A stretch of 64,000 nucleotides of DNA, counting the filler, from Asterionella formosa (lineage: Eukaryota), in assembly GCA_002256025.1 (NCBI GenBank). It is 7 parts of 7 records of this genome, joined end to end, with 100 filler letters (N's around TTAATTAATTAA, not from the genome) between each part and the next. Parts side by side here need not be neighbours in the genome. Positions count along the whole stretch, not along the records: positions 18,523 to 27,678 come from NKIB01011035.1; positions 27,779 to 36,928 come from NKIB01011046.1; 5 more parts are not named here. One strand, written 5' to 3'. The notes under the pieces are model-generated. The model was not told the origin of the DNA. It did no database searches and saw nothing but the letters and a program-made list of their open reading frames with translations. Numbering within the stretch: the stretch's first letter is position 1; every line of letters begins with the position of its first letter. Shown here piece by piece: positions 25,082-37,028 of this stretch. Position numbers and translations under genes: made by a program.

Positions 25082-25672
25082 TTTTCACTTTTCGGAAACA
25101 GTGATCATATTAATAAATATTAGAAAAATGCGCGCCATCCTGTAGAACTAATAAAATTAACTTTGGTTGCTCGAAACATCATCTTCAATTTTCATTGATG
25201 TTGCATATTACAATCATTCTCGTGTGTTTTACGCTTGTTGTACCATCTCTATGCATATTTCCGTCATTCTGGTTGTCATGCTAAAATCGGCAATTTTATT
25301 GCCGAAAAGTTCGATGTGCCCCATATTGCCCTTAAATAAAAATTACTTAAGAAATTACTTAGAGCCTAAAAATTACTTAGAAATACCCGAATGGCAAGAC
25401 GATAGCTGGAGCGGGAATTGCCAGTATACGGGTCGGTGAAAGTATACTGCAGTATTGAATAATCATACTGCTCCAGACGCAAGATCAGTATTCCAGTATA
25501 CTGTCATTCTATATTCCAAATACCACACTGTTCTAAAATTTTGCCAATGCGTATACTGGTCTTTCAGGAATCTTACAGAAAATCCGGCATGTCTTTTAAC
25601 GCATTGGAAGCGTGCTTACTATGATGTAGGCTAGCAACACCAGAAACAAAAAAAAAACGGTAGCTATGTAGT

Positions 25673-27678
25673 TGTTGAAATGGTCCGTACTCCTTCCTGC
25701 GGGCTGGGTCTCTCTTCACGTAGACTCTTACGTGATCGTAGTACTACCTAGTACCACTTACTTTCTCTCTTGTCTCTGCTTCTAGCCTTCCTGCCTGCTA
25801 GATAGACTAATTGACCTTCCTGTCAATTAACACACTGTTTCCTCGGTTGATAATCTAAAACTCAAATTAAATTATAAGCTAAACTAAAAGTTTTCTTTCC
25901 ATGCATCGTTGCTTCCTGCAAAGTCGTTCTAAGACTCTCTTCGAGTTTCCACTTAACATTTCCATAGAATTCTTCAATCTTTGATCTCATTAGACAGCTG
26001 ATTGACGTGGCAATGCAATATTCGACTCGTTCGATTACAATCGAGTCCACAATCCTTGTGACTCGGGCTAATATTCTTGACATCCTCCCCATTGCCACGC
26101 TCAAGAGGCTGTAGCATCGTTCCACTCTGGACTGGTTTGGACAATCTTGTTTGTATCTGTTCCTTCACGTTCTTGGTCATAATGTCCACAAAATTATCTT
26201 CCGACCCTATAAAAATGACTTCCAATTCTTCATCCTCAATCATGTCCTTTACATGATGATACTTAATATCAATATGTTTTGTCCTGGTTCCGATTTGCTG
26301 ATTCTTCGCGATAAAAATAGCTCCTGTATTGTCTTCTTGTAGGATACTTGGTAACATGACCTTACCACCAGTAACCTCATTCAGTAGCATTGCTATGAAC
26401 TTGATCTCTTGTCCACACTGGGACATCGCCACATACTTGGCTTCCGTGCTGGATAGCGTAACCGTTTGTTGTCCCTTCGACTGCCAACTGATAAGTGCCC
26501 CGCCAATAGTAACAAGATAGCCAGTCGTGCTCTTCCTGTTAACCTTATTAGTAGCATCCCAGTCACGTAGGCAATGACTCTTAACTCTTTTGGCTTACGC
26601 AACTTGAGAACTCTATTCTCCATATTGGATAGCTAGGTAGCCAATGACTCTTGCCACTGCATGCCATTGTTCTTCACCTGGGCAGCTTAAATGAGCCGAT
26701 AGTTCCCGAACCGCATTCGCACAGTCCGGCGAATCCTTCTTTGTAGACCATAGTAACTTGCCCACAATTTTTCGATATTCTCCTTCCATAATGACTTCAA
26801 CGTCATTCTTGTTCAATGTCTTTCCTGGTACGCCCGCATTGCGTACGACTTAATTTTCATACCGGTCAACTTGTCGTATTCGTGTAGAAGTTGCATACGA
26901 AATTTCTGCATCTGCACCTCCCAGTATTCACCATACTTGTCCTCTTTCCAAGCATATTCCACTCCTAGGTGTTTCTGTAGAATACCCTGCTCGGTAATAT
27001 TGAAATCTTCCTTGATAACATTTTTCATATACTCCACTGCACTTGGAGTCCCACATACAATACCGTCATCCACGTAATTAAAAAGTAGACCATCAATTTG
27101 TCCATCCTTGTTCCGGTGCATAAATAACATAGGGTCGATCTTGCTCTTCGTCATACCTGGTTTATTGGTGACACATTTCGCAAACGTCCTGGACCAGCAT
27201 CGTGAAGCTTGTACTATCCCGTACATAGCCTTCACAAGCTTGCAAACATGTGTATCGGAATCGACTCCGATCAAACCTTGAGGGGGCTCAATATAAATGT
27301 CCTCATCGACGTCAGCATTTAGAAATGCTGCTTCCAAATCAATAGCCTCCGCTCGCCAACCGTTGTACATCGTCACTGCGATTACCGTTTTGATTGTCGC
27401 ATCGCTTGCAACTGGAGCAAATGTCTCAGTAAAATCGACACCTGGGATTTGCTCATATCCCTTCATGACCAATCTTGCCTTGTAAATGGTCTTCCCGGTT
27501 AACACATCTTCTTTAATTCGAAACACCCATCTCGTTTTTAGTGTTCGCTTCTTAACAGTATCACGTTTGATAACTTTCCACACTCCTCTCGACTGGAAGT
27601 TTTCATATTCTTTGTTGATCGCCTTGATCCACTCTTTCTTGTCTGGTCTTGCCATTGCTTCATCGTAGCTTGTTGGTA
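25673..27678 (-). mobile_element. Ty1/Copia retrotransposon 3' half (RT, RNase H, PPT, 3' LTR 25673-26082)
   Basis: KARLVMKGYEQIPGVDFTETFAPV, YVDD, EDNTGAIF, RTKHIDIKYH; purine tract at 26083-26092 followed by a TGT...ACA LTR; a few frameshifts. Confidence 0.92.
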
Positions 27679-27778
27679 NNNNNNNNNNNNNNNNNNNNNN
27701 NNNNNNNNNNNNNNNNNNNNNNTTAATTAATTAANNNNNNNNNNNNNNNNNNNNNNNNNNNNNNNNNNNNNNNNNNNN
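27679..27778. other. Artificial contig linker
   Basis: N44-TTAATTAATTAA-N44. Confidence 0.98.
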
Positions 27779-27970
27779 CGATCAGCGAGGGATCAAGAAT
27801 TAGAAACAGTTCCAGAACGAGTTGCAAAGTCATCCAGTACTCAAAACCCTACCGGTAGCGGTGTTGACGTAGATGACCTCAAAGCTCGACTTTCGAAAAA
27901 GCGTAGCGGCGACAAGGCGAGCGTGTCTGATTTTGTTGAATCTGGTTCGAAAAAGTCAAGACGAAAGTAA
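27779..27970 (+). CDS. 3' end of an unknown gene (basic, NLS-like tail)
   Basis: Open from the contig edge: RSARDQELETVPERV...DDLKARLSKKRSG...KKSRRK*. Confidence 0.45.
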   Translation, partial: RSARDQELETVPERVAKSSSTQNPTGSGVDVDDLKARLSKKRSGDKASVSDFVESGSKKSRRK

Positions 27971-28442
27971 AGAATTCAATGCAGATATATGAAGCAAACA
28001 CATTTAGTTTATTTAGTGTAATTGCAATGCTGCTGTATTATCAGTCTCCATTCCTACTACAAAAAAGAATCTACTGGAACCCAGAAAATAATGCACAGAT
28101 CTTGTCCTCTGCAAAAGAATAGTGTTATAAGCACTATTTTAGGTTGATGAAGATATAGAATACCGGTACTATATTGGCTTCTGTACATTATCCAAAACCA
28201 TGTTCGAGAATTGCTCAATCTCGTTAAAAAATATCAGGATGATACGTGTCGTTACTAGGTAGACTACTGTCCACTGTGAACAAAAGATAATTGAGTATTT
28301 AACTTACTATACATGTTACACTGAAAAATGCAAATGGAAACTCGTCGTTTGACGGAAATAACCTGCTTGAACCTAAACATAAAATGATGTGAGTTTTCAA
28401 TGTGAAAAGGCGACAATACCAGATGGAGCAGAACTGACCTAC

Positions 28443-29507
28443 CTAATATCCCTGGATAAATAGTGTCGCAACCCCGAGATAGAAAGCAGCCTGCGTAAAG
28501 AAGTTAAACTCTGTCGTAGTATTCACGAATGAAGGCACAAGCACGAGTTCTCCGTCAACGCCTTGTAAAGCACCGGTTCCACCAGAGATAGCTAAAGTTC
28601 CACCCGTCAAGTCGATAACCTCTCCAGCTGCATTGAAAGTGACCTGGTTCGATGCTTCATCTACAATGGTGTAGGAGAGGTGGCAATATCCTTTTCCCGA
28701 TACAGCATCTACCGCCGTAATGCCGACTGGTCCTTGAAGGCGAATGCAGTATCCGATCACGGAGGCACCTAGTAATGAACTGGCGTTCACCGTAAGTAGA
28801 CCCGAGTTGTATATCCAGGTAGTACCAATTGGATCAATTGCAGAAGGGAGAGAGAGAGCCGGGTTGGAAGCGTTGGGTGGTAACATAAAAAATGAAAGTT
28901 CTAGGGCTGTGATATTTCTCTTTCCAGTGCCAGTTCCATTTCCTGTACCAGGGCAGCACTCGCATTTGCAAAGTGGCTCTTCGTAGGGGAAACTCATGCT
29001 GTATTCGTAGGATAAACTTGCGTTGTCCTCGTAGAAGAGACTCTTGCTGACTTTGTGGGAGGGACTCTTGCTGACTTTGAGGGAGGGACTCTTGCTGACT
29101 TTGAGGGAGGGACTCTTGCTGACTTTGAGGGAGGGACTCTTGCTGTCTTTGGGGGAGGGACTCTTGCGGACTTTGTCGGAGGGACTCTTGCGGACTTTGT
29201 GGGAGAGACTCATGCTGTACTCATAGGGGGTAAGCGTGCTGTATTCGTAGGAGAGGCTCAAGCTGTACTCATAGGGGGGAAGCGTGCTGTACTCATAGGA
29301 GAGACTCAAGCTGTACTCATAGGAGAGACTGCTTCTGGTTTCAAGGACGGGGCTCTGGATGTCTTCCTTGGCGATGAAACTCTTGCTGTCTTCGTAGATG
29401 ACTTCTTCTTTCACGAGAGCTGTACCTTTCGGTAGACGTCGCCGAGTGTTGGCAGCCAAGGCACATTGGGTTACTACAAATAGTAGTAAGAATAGAAGTC
29501 GAGCCAT
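28443..29507 (-). CDS. Secreted silaffin/cingulin-like repeat protein with a C-terminal dirigent/allene-oxide-cyclase-like domain
   Basis: Signal peptide MARLLFLLLFVVTQCALA, RRL (RXL) site, YEYS repeats, seven KxxKSPS repeats, CKCECC linker, and a beta-rich domain with LAISGGTGALQGVDG. Confidence 0.8.
   Translation of the reverse strand: MARLLFLLLFVVTQCALAANTRRRLPKGTALVKEEVIYEDSKSFIAKEDIQSPVLETRSSLSYEYSLSLSYEYSTLPPYEYSLSLSYEYSTLTPYEYSMSLSHKVRKSPSDKVRKSPSPKDSKSPSLKVSKSPSLKVSKSPSLKVSKSPSHKVSKSLFYEDNASLSYEYSMSFPYEEPLCKCECCPGTGNGTGTGKRNITALELSFFMLPPNASNPALSLPSAIDPIGTTWIYNSGLLTVNASSLLGASVIGYCIRLQGPVGITAVDAVSGKGYCHLSYTIVDEASNQVTFNAAGEVIDLTGGTLAISGGTGALQGVDGELVLVPSFVNTTTEFNFFTQAAFYLGVATLFIQGY
28975..29400. 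repeat. Coding 24-bp minisatellite
   Basis: Units such as GAGGGACTCTTGCTGACTTTGAGG and GAGAGACTCAAGCTGTACTCATAG. Confidence 0.9.
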
Positions 29508-29989
29508 TATGTTTGCTGGGCGACTATGATGTGTGAGAGAAGCTCTTTGTTGTGAGCGATATCTTCACATCGCTCAGCTAGTAGTATGTACGTATCGGAT
29601 AGCAAATGTCATACAAAGAATGCTGCATTCAAAATGCCAAGAACAATTCTTTGAACGAGTCAACGAACAAATAATGTACTAATTGACGAGAATTTAAATT
29701 CCCGAGCGACATCCTCATATAATAACGGTAATATGATAAAGGCTGGATTCGTCAATAGTCAGCAGGGGTTACCGGGTACCGGTAGGTTTACCCGAGGTAC
29801 ATGGTACCTGGTACCCCTGGTACCGTAGTCCGAGGAAGAAGAGATGGTATGTAATTTTCTACCTGAAAATATGATATTCTTTTATACACAAATGAAACAC
29901 TTGATTAAAAATTTGAACTCTCTTTTTACCAGTAGCCAACAAGCATAAAGTAAAGTGCCGGTATAAAGGGTTCGAGTTTAAATAAAGAC

Positions 29990-31075
29990 TACTAAAGTAC
30001 TAAGCACAGACCAGCACAGCAGTATTGAAGCTAAGATGACCTCCGGGTCCCGACAGTCAATTTCCAACCAAAACCACGAGTTCACCATGACGAAAGGCAC
30101 AACAAGCACAGTCAATAAAGCGGCACAAGAAAGAATTAGCAATGTGGGATAGGTCAATACAATAGTTTTGACGTCTGACAGAAACATGATGCAGAAAGCG
30201 AACGTGAAAACGCAGATAAAGCTACTACATACTGGAGTGATGCACAGCAACTACAATTGCCAATGAACTCGATTTAGCATTCAACAAGTCTACAAAAATG
30301 TGCGACTTTATGGAAAAGAGCGCCATTGCTTACAGAACAGGAAGATGAACAAGAATACAAGAATGAAGGTGAGCCATCAGAGGAAGAAACAGAAGGCCAA
30401 GCAAGCGATATGGAAGAAGAAGTAGACGAAGATGGAGAGATTCCAACAAAGTATGAAACAACACAAGACCAGGGGGTACCCAAGAAGGGGAAAGGCGAAG
30501 CGATCATCAAGCATTCCGAGAAAACTCCAAAAGCAATAGCATCAAAGCAACTAAAAGCAACTAGAAACCAGCAACGAACAGACTAAAGTAGCAGAGGCAG
30601 AACAAAAAGATGCATTTACCCCACTTCCATCACCTACATGCAAAAGCAACTCCCCTCCAGATGCCGCAAGCAATCCACAGACTATTAAGAAATCCTGAAA
30701 GCTTCAATGGGAAAAAAATACGATTCCTAAAAAGGGCCAATTATAAATTTAAAGAATCAAAGAAGAAATTCGCTGACAAGAGCCAACAATCACTTCACAC
30801 ATATTACAACACAAAAATCACAAACACTACAATGGCACCAACACCAGAAGTGAGGACAACTAGGAAGGAACCAATAAAATCCACCCTTCCCATCCAAATC
30901 TCAAGCCGACATGAACAGTGCAGCTATGTTGAAACTGCTTAGAGAACAACGCTACCAAAAAAATATTAACCCTACTTCCATATGAGAGATTGACCACCAC
31001 AAAATTCCACAACCCCACCTTTATGGGCCATGGAATGCAAAGACCATTGGCTGACAGCATCCTACAAAAAATGGA
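29990..31075 (+). pseudogene. Decayed A-rich coding remnant, possibly from a non-LTR retrotransposon
   Basis: Strong A skew, an acidic low-complexity ORF fragment and broken frames; no diagnostic motif. Confidence 0.25.
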
Positions 31076-32016
31076 AATTCCAGTTTTAAGGGGAAGAAAT
31101 TCTCATACATTAAGTGTAGTAGCTAGATCTAGCGTCTATTAATATAGTTTCTACTGTTGTTTAGCACATAAGCTGTTCCTAGACCAGCTAGCAACAATGA
31201 CATCTTAATTAGCTATCATCCTGGATGAGATTTGTTCTTGTAAACAAATGCAAGCAATTGATTCGAAGGTTCAGCTATCAAAACAAGGGGCAAGAAAGAA
31301 TTCTAAATTAGTCGACTATCAGATAGAGTTGTGAAACTAAAAGAAATCGCTGTTCTAAACAAAAAAGCTACACGACGTCCTCGTATGCGACATAAGGGAT
31401 CAAAAATCCTATCCTAACGGCAAGTGCTCCATCATGTCGAAATGGCTTTATATAGCCACGAGTACATAGGTACGGTAGGTGAGGTCAAATCTAGCGAAAT
31501 AATTAGTATATTCTATACACATATTCCTACATGAATATACTTCATGATTACACCAGCTTTTGCCGCATCAAAATCGTGCTAATAGATTTTATTTATATAT
31601 GAATGTGAAGAAAATTTATTTATACCGGCACAACTAACTAAATATACACAGAGCAAAGCTGAAAGATTTAGTACCGGGGGCATATGTCGCATAAATAAAT
31701 TTTTCTTTAACCGATAAGTACCGGTAATTGTCTGTTGTCTATAAAGTAAGTGTACCTGGTCATTTTATGGTCATGTTCGCGGATTTGTTGTACGCTTGAT
31801 GGTTTTGGCCGCCTTGTTTTTCGTATGACCCGTCATAACAAGATCGCTCTGCCACTTGTTGAGTAGTTTGTAAAGCAAGCTGAAGCCATACATGAACAAC
31901 CATTCATTTGATACCATTTATTCTTGTTGCAAGCTACTAAGCAAATCGGAACAAGGCTTGTTTGCATTAGATCTGAGGGGCCTTGTTCCTTTGTTTCTAC
32001 AAAGATACAAACTGAC

Positions 32017-33186
32017 ATGCCACGACGGATAGAAATTCTGCCACGACACTTGGCTATGTCACCAGTACTGGTAATAATGCTAATATCACCAGTTGGATCA
32101 TCGGCAAGTACCAGTGGTAGTAGAACTAGTCATGTGCAACGGCGAGATGATGGCACTCGCGCCCAAAGTCTTGATACCCGAACAGATCGATCCACTTTTC
32201 TTATATTCGACGTTCAGAAGGCTCATGAGGAGCAAGCAGGTGAGAAATCAATCGTGGTGTGATTTGATAGGTATTTTCAAGTGAATGTACCTCTCTATAT
32301 ATTTATAGCGAGATAGATATTGACCATTGATCGCATACACGCCCATGATTCAGATTCCAACGTGGAGACTCCCAACGATCTTCGTCTCGAGTCTCGATTG
32401 GATCGTCCTTTTCGCAAGGAACATCCTGATCGAGTTTATAATAACAGAACGAGGCCAATAGGTTCGATACCAAACATGCATCAAGGTGGGAATGGCGTCG
32501 ACCCTACCACACAACAACCCAAAATGGATTATCCCAATGAGATATCACCCTTTCAGCTGCTCTTGACGGCACATGATGAAGTCGCTTGGGATCACATGTT
32601 GCTCATGAACGTTACCAAAAGTCACCTCGAGTGTAGTCTGCAACAAGATGATGAGGCATTTGACCGACTAGAAATGTTCCAACTACTGCACGATCCTGTC
32701 GAAACACTAGGTCTGACGATGGTAGCCATTTCTGGTACTGCACATTATGCCAGAGATGGCAGAGATGGTGCCCATATTGCCGATACAGCTATGCTAGCTT
32801 TTCTAGGCACGAATGCGTCTAGATATCTATTATCTCTGCAACGGGCTAGTATTAGTGTCGATCAAGCTCAACTATTCACGCTTGATGGAAGAATGGTCGA
32901 CTTTAGAAACGGAAATATGATGATCCCTTCCGATGCTGTCACCCAGGTAGACAGTGTCAGAATGACTGATGCCATGTCGTTGACTGTCATTGCAGTGGCG
33001 ATTGGTGTCCCATTGGTTCTGTTTCTCATGATTTGTTTTGGTTATGCTCACCTTTATTGCCAGGGGTACACTTTCTGCGGAAGAAGAAATGTAGACCCTG
33101 AGGGTGATGTGTGGAGGGCAGAATCTCATGCGCCATTCACTCATGTTCAGGAGATTGACGACAAGGAATGTGACAAGAGTTTGTGA
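32017..33186 (+). CDS. Probable type I membrane protein (signal-like N-terminus, C-terminal TM, short tail); likely one intron near 32240-32316
   Basis: Hydrophobic PVLVIMLISPVGSSA; GTGAG donor at 32240; 288-aa open frame ending in TM VIAVAIGVPLVLFLMICFGY. I could not reconcile the splice phase by eye. Confidence 0.6.
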
Positions 33187-33403
33187 AACGTGTCCATGTA
33201 AATTCTTCACTTTGGTTTTGAAATCTATCACAAAACTAGTAAAATTGGAATTTGTTGTTGTTGTGAAGCTACATGCAGCTCCCTTTGTACGCCTACACTA
33301 GAACCAACTATCAATATCCTTTCGTCACGATTTTTCACTAGTACATATGTAAATTTTCTCGTTTTAGTATTTGTCCTTTCATTATAACTTTCAACCATTC
33401 CAA

Positions 33404-35456
33404 TCAGACGGCCTCCAAACTCAACTCACAAAAGTGAATGCAGTCAATATCTTCCTCTACCTTTATGGCAGCCTCCAGTGCTGCCTTGACTTGTCCCCCC
33501 AAAAATTCGCTATCCACACCATCACAAGTTGCAATTTCATGGATTCCCTGCAAGCCCACCATACGCACATTAGGCACTCGGTCAGCAACGCCTCTAAGTA
33601 ATTCTAAAAGGACCTGTTCAAAGAGCGGTCCACTCTTGGCTCTCAAGGCAATTTGGGTATGTCCTTTCAAAATGGTGATCCTCATTAAATAACTAGTGCT
33701 TGCATGGTCGAAAATTTTCACGTGTTGAGGCAACAATGTTTGAATGATCCAGTCATCACCAGCAACATCCACCAATTGCTGTAGTCCTGTACGACATGAT
33801 TAAAAACAATCAGTAAGACCCAAGTGCCACAAAAAATTCAAAACTCGACAAAAGAGTAGCACAAACTGAACTGGCCACCAGAAAGTCAAGCAACTATTCC
33901 ACGTACCTGAAATGCATGCTCCTCTAACTTCTGCGACATTGTCCCACAACAAAGCCAACCAAGCAGGTTCAAGCAAGACCGATGAAAAGAAATCCATGCC
34001 TCTGGCTTCTGCCAAATATGGCATTAATGTAGCAACGCCTCTTCTGACTCTCCAGTTAATCGCTTTGGACATACTCAAAATGCTGCTGACGACTCCATTC
34101 ATTTGTGTCAACAGATGAGAAATACGATTTAGATTTCCCAATACGTGCAACTGGACTTCTGGATACTCATCCTGAAGAAAATTTTCCAATAGCGGAGTGA
34201 AGGCTTTGACAATTGTGGCATCGTCCAATGTTCCACCTTCAGAAGAATCCATCAATGCCAACGCACACTTGGAACGGACATCAACAACAACATCGTCAGC
34301 CAAGGCAGGAAGTAATGCCTGCAACTTTTGTGCGAATAGGGCAGCTCCGCCCCAGTGGACCATCTTTGCGAGGTGAGTAACTGCACTGGCTCTGACGTCG
34401 CTTTCTTGATCTTGCAGGAGAGCGACAAAGCAAGACATGACGGTTGTCTGTGGTCCTTCCTTGCCTTCGATATTTAGATTGAGGGCGACGGTGGAGAAGA
34501 CCTTTGCCAAGTGATTACGGACTCGCCTGTGAATGTAATGTGTAAAATTAGATGGAGAGCAACGCATGAAAAGTGGTATGAGAAAATGTGGTGCGTGTTC
34601 TACCAGTGGAAACTACTGAAAACTCGACTCACCAACTCAAATCAGTACTTCCGCTCCTGACCAACGGGATCAAGGCAACAGTACACCATTCCTCCGGATA
34701 AGCGTCTCCAATATCGCTCAAGCTGGCCACTGCCAGCAATCTAACCGAGTCTTGTTCGTCCTTGCAAAGTCCCTCCAAAATCGGCTGCAGTGCCTGCACC
34801 TTGGGCAAGTCGTCGAGGGCCTTGAGGAACTTCCCAAGATGTTTGGCCGCTGCCCTACGCACCATCGGCGTTTCATCTGTGCATAGATCTCTGTATAGAT
34901 AGCGCAACTCCTCCTCTTGCGTGGCCTCGAAGATCTTGTACATCATGCCAGCAGCGCTGACCTTGGCTGTGAACCACTCCGCGGAGCAGAGCCTCTTGGC
35001 CATGCTGACCAGCTGTGCCTTGTCGTCCATGTATCCGCAAATGTGGTTGCAGCACTTGACTGCCTCTTCCCTGACCACCGTCTCCTCCATGGTGGCGAGC
35101 CTTTCGACAATCGGTAGCAATTGCAGCACTTTCGCCGGTTCAGAAAGCAAGACCGGCACCAAGAGCTGCAGCTGCTGCGCCAGAATCAGCAGCATTTCGT
35201 CCTCGTGTGGCGGCTGCCTCATGGCGATGTTCGATTGCAGGTATGGAATGAGCTGGACAGACGTGGCCTCGCTTCCCAGCGCGAACGCCACGATGGCGAG
35301 GCGCTTCATGGCGTCCACTTTGGCTTCGGTGGACCCGTCTTCCAGCTGAGACCGGAACAGTTCGAACGGCCCCATCAGGCCCAGCTCGTCGACTCCCTGG
35401 GGCAGCGAGCGCGCCATTGTCAGCGAGGGGGTGGGGGAGGCGCCGAGGCTCGTCAT
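33404..35456 (-). CDS. PP2AA: Protein phosphatase 2A scaffold subunit A (HEAT repeats); exons 35456-34633, 34526-33907, 33786-33404; about 608 aa
   Basis: EETVVREEAV, WFTAKVSA, DETPMVRRAAA, DEQDSVRLLAV, DLSWRVR, NWRVR and DRVPNVR; two GT-AG introns join the exons in frame. Confidence 0.93.
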
Positions 35457-35905
35457 GGTGGACAGGACTGGACCGGAGGCTGAGCAGCACACCTGAGCCT
35501 ACTCTATTACCGGTAGAGCACTTTGGTATGATTGAAGTGATATGGAATCGATCATCAAAATTGCTGTCCTCCTGCTTGCTTGAGTTTATTACCCATGCTG
35601 TATTTACCAGTAGACTCCCAGCCTCCTCCTGACTTTGCTGTAAATGATTAATTTAGCCATACCGGTACTTAGAACATGAAATAATCCAATTGGTAGTATC
35701 ATTCACGTACAGAGTTAATTTAGTATGTATTTTGCAACATAAAATTTTTAAACTGACTCTGCCTATGTATGTCGTACAGTACAGTATACCGGTACATGAT
35801 ACCCCCTGGTACCAGGTACCGATCTGGCTACCTGGTACCTGGTACTCTGTACCTGTTACCCACACTGAAGCCCCATCCACCCCACTTCGTCAACATCATT
35901 GTGTG

Positions 35906-36928
35906 TGTTGAGAGGGAGAAACGCTTGCAACGGATGCCAGCGGCAGCTACATTAACAAGGAACTGAGATTCTAAAGTAGTATTTAACTAGCTGTAGAGGG
36001 ACCAGTACTCACGGGAATTAAGCACTTACAGGAATCTTGGTAGGATATACGGAGTAACCGGTATATGGTACCAACACCCCCCTCAAGTGAGAAAATTCCC
36101 ATGAGACGGGACAATAATATTGCGGAGGCGGAGAAAATGGGCATCATCTTTATGTTCTTTGGTGAACAGATCAGCAACATTGGTATCCCCTGGGAGGTGG
36201 GTGACAAAGATTTCGGAAAAACGGTGAGCGTCGCGCACAGCCATGTTGCGGATATTAATATGCCGCATCTTTTTGTTAGCACAGTTGTGGGACCAGTCCA
36301 CAGCACCTCGGTTGTCATTCCAAAGAGGGGTGGGGAGAGTTACATCAGGCATGTGGAGGTCACTAAGGATATGGCGGATGAATTGGGTAACCTTGGTGCC
36401 CTCATCTGCAGATTTGATTTCAGATTCGCAGGTACTGCGGCTCACACGAGGTTCACGAATGACATGCCAGGCAATGGGGCCACCTGTACGTGTACTGATG
36501 GAACCAAGAAGGGAGCAACACTCGGCAAGAGAGATGATGTCGGTGGGGTTGGGTTTGGAAGCATCTTGGGGGCCCCAGTTGGCATCGGTGTAAGTGGTGA
36601 GAGTGGGAGTGTCCTTGGGCCAGCCAAAGGTGGTGGAGAGGTATGAGGAAGCAAATTGCGAGGTAAAGGCAATGCCATGATCGGCAGAGCCAGCCAGGTA
36701 TCGTAACACATACTTGGCACCTAAAAGGTGAGCAGGGGTGGCATAGGAGTTGTGCTGAGCCAGGAGAGTGAGGGCCACAGAGACATCAGGACGTGTGCTG
36801 ACAGCCAGCCAATTGAGAGCCCCAATGAGTGACTGGTATTGTGTAATAATGGCCGCGCGAGCTTTGGGGGAAAGTTCAGCACCATCAGGCACAATGCGGT
36901 CATAGACCAGGCCAGAGCGATAAGGGGT
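35906..36928 (-). mobile_element. Ty1/Copia retrotransposon 3' end (intact RT/RNase H frame, PPT, 171-bp LTR 35906-36076)
   Basis: YQSLIGALNWLAVSTRPD, YTDANWGPQD, SRSTCESEI, WNDNRGAV and NVADLFTKE; GAGGGGGG PPT then TGTTG...CAACA. Confidence 0.92.
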
Positions 36929-37028
36929 NNNNNNNNNNNNNNNNNNNNNNNNNNNNNNNNNNNNNNNNNNNNTTAATTAATTAANNNNNNNNNNNNNNNN
37001 NNNNNNNNNNNNNNNNNNNNNNNNNNNN
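36929..37028. other. Artificial contig linker
   Basis: N44-TTAATTAATTAA-N44. Confidence 0.98.

Noticed and set aside
27600..28000. Functional linkage between genes or elements on either side of linkers
   Set aside because: Contigs are ordered by length (9161, 9156, 9150, 9146, 9140 bp), so neighbourhoods across linkers are artificial.
34873..35632. Several overlapping ORFs on both strands at PP2AA exon 1
   Set aside because: Shadow frames of a GC-rich exon; only the HEAT-repeat frame has recognisable homology.
36065..36646. 193-aa plus-strand ORF
   Set aside because: Antisense shadow of the Copia RT/RNase H frame.
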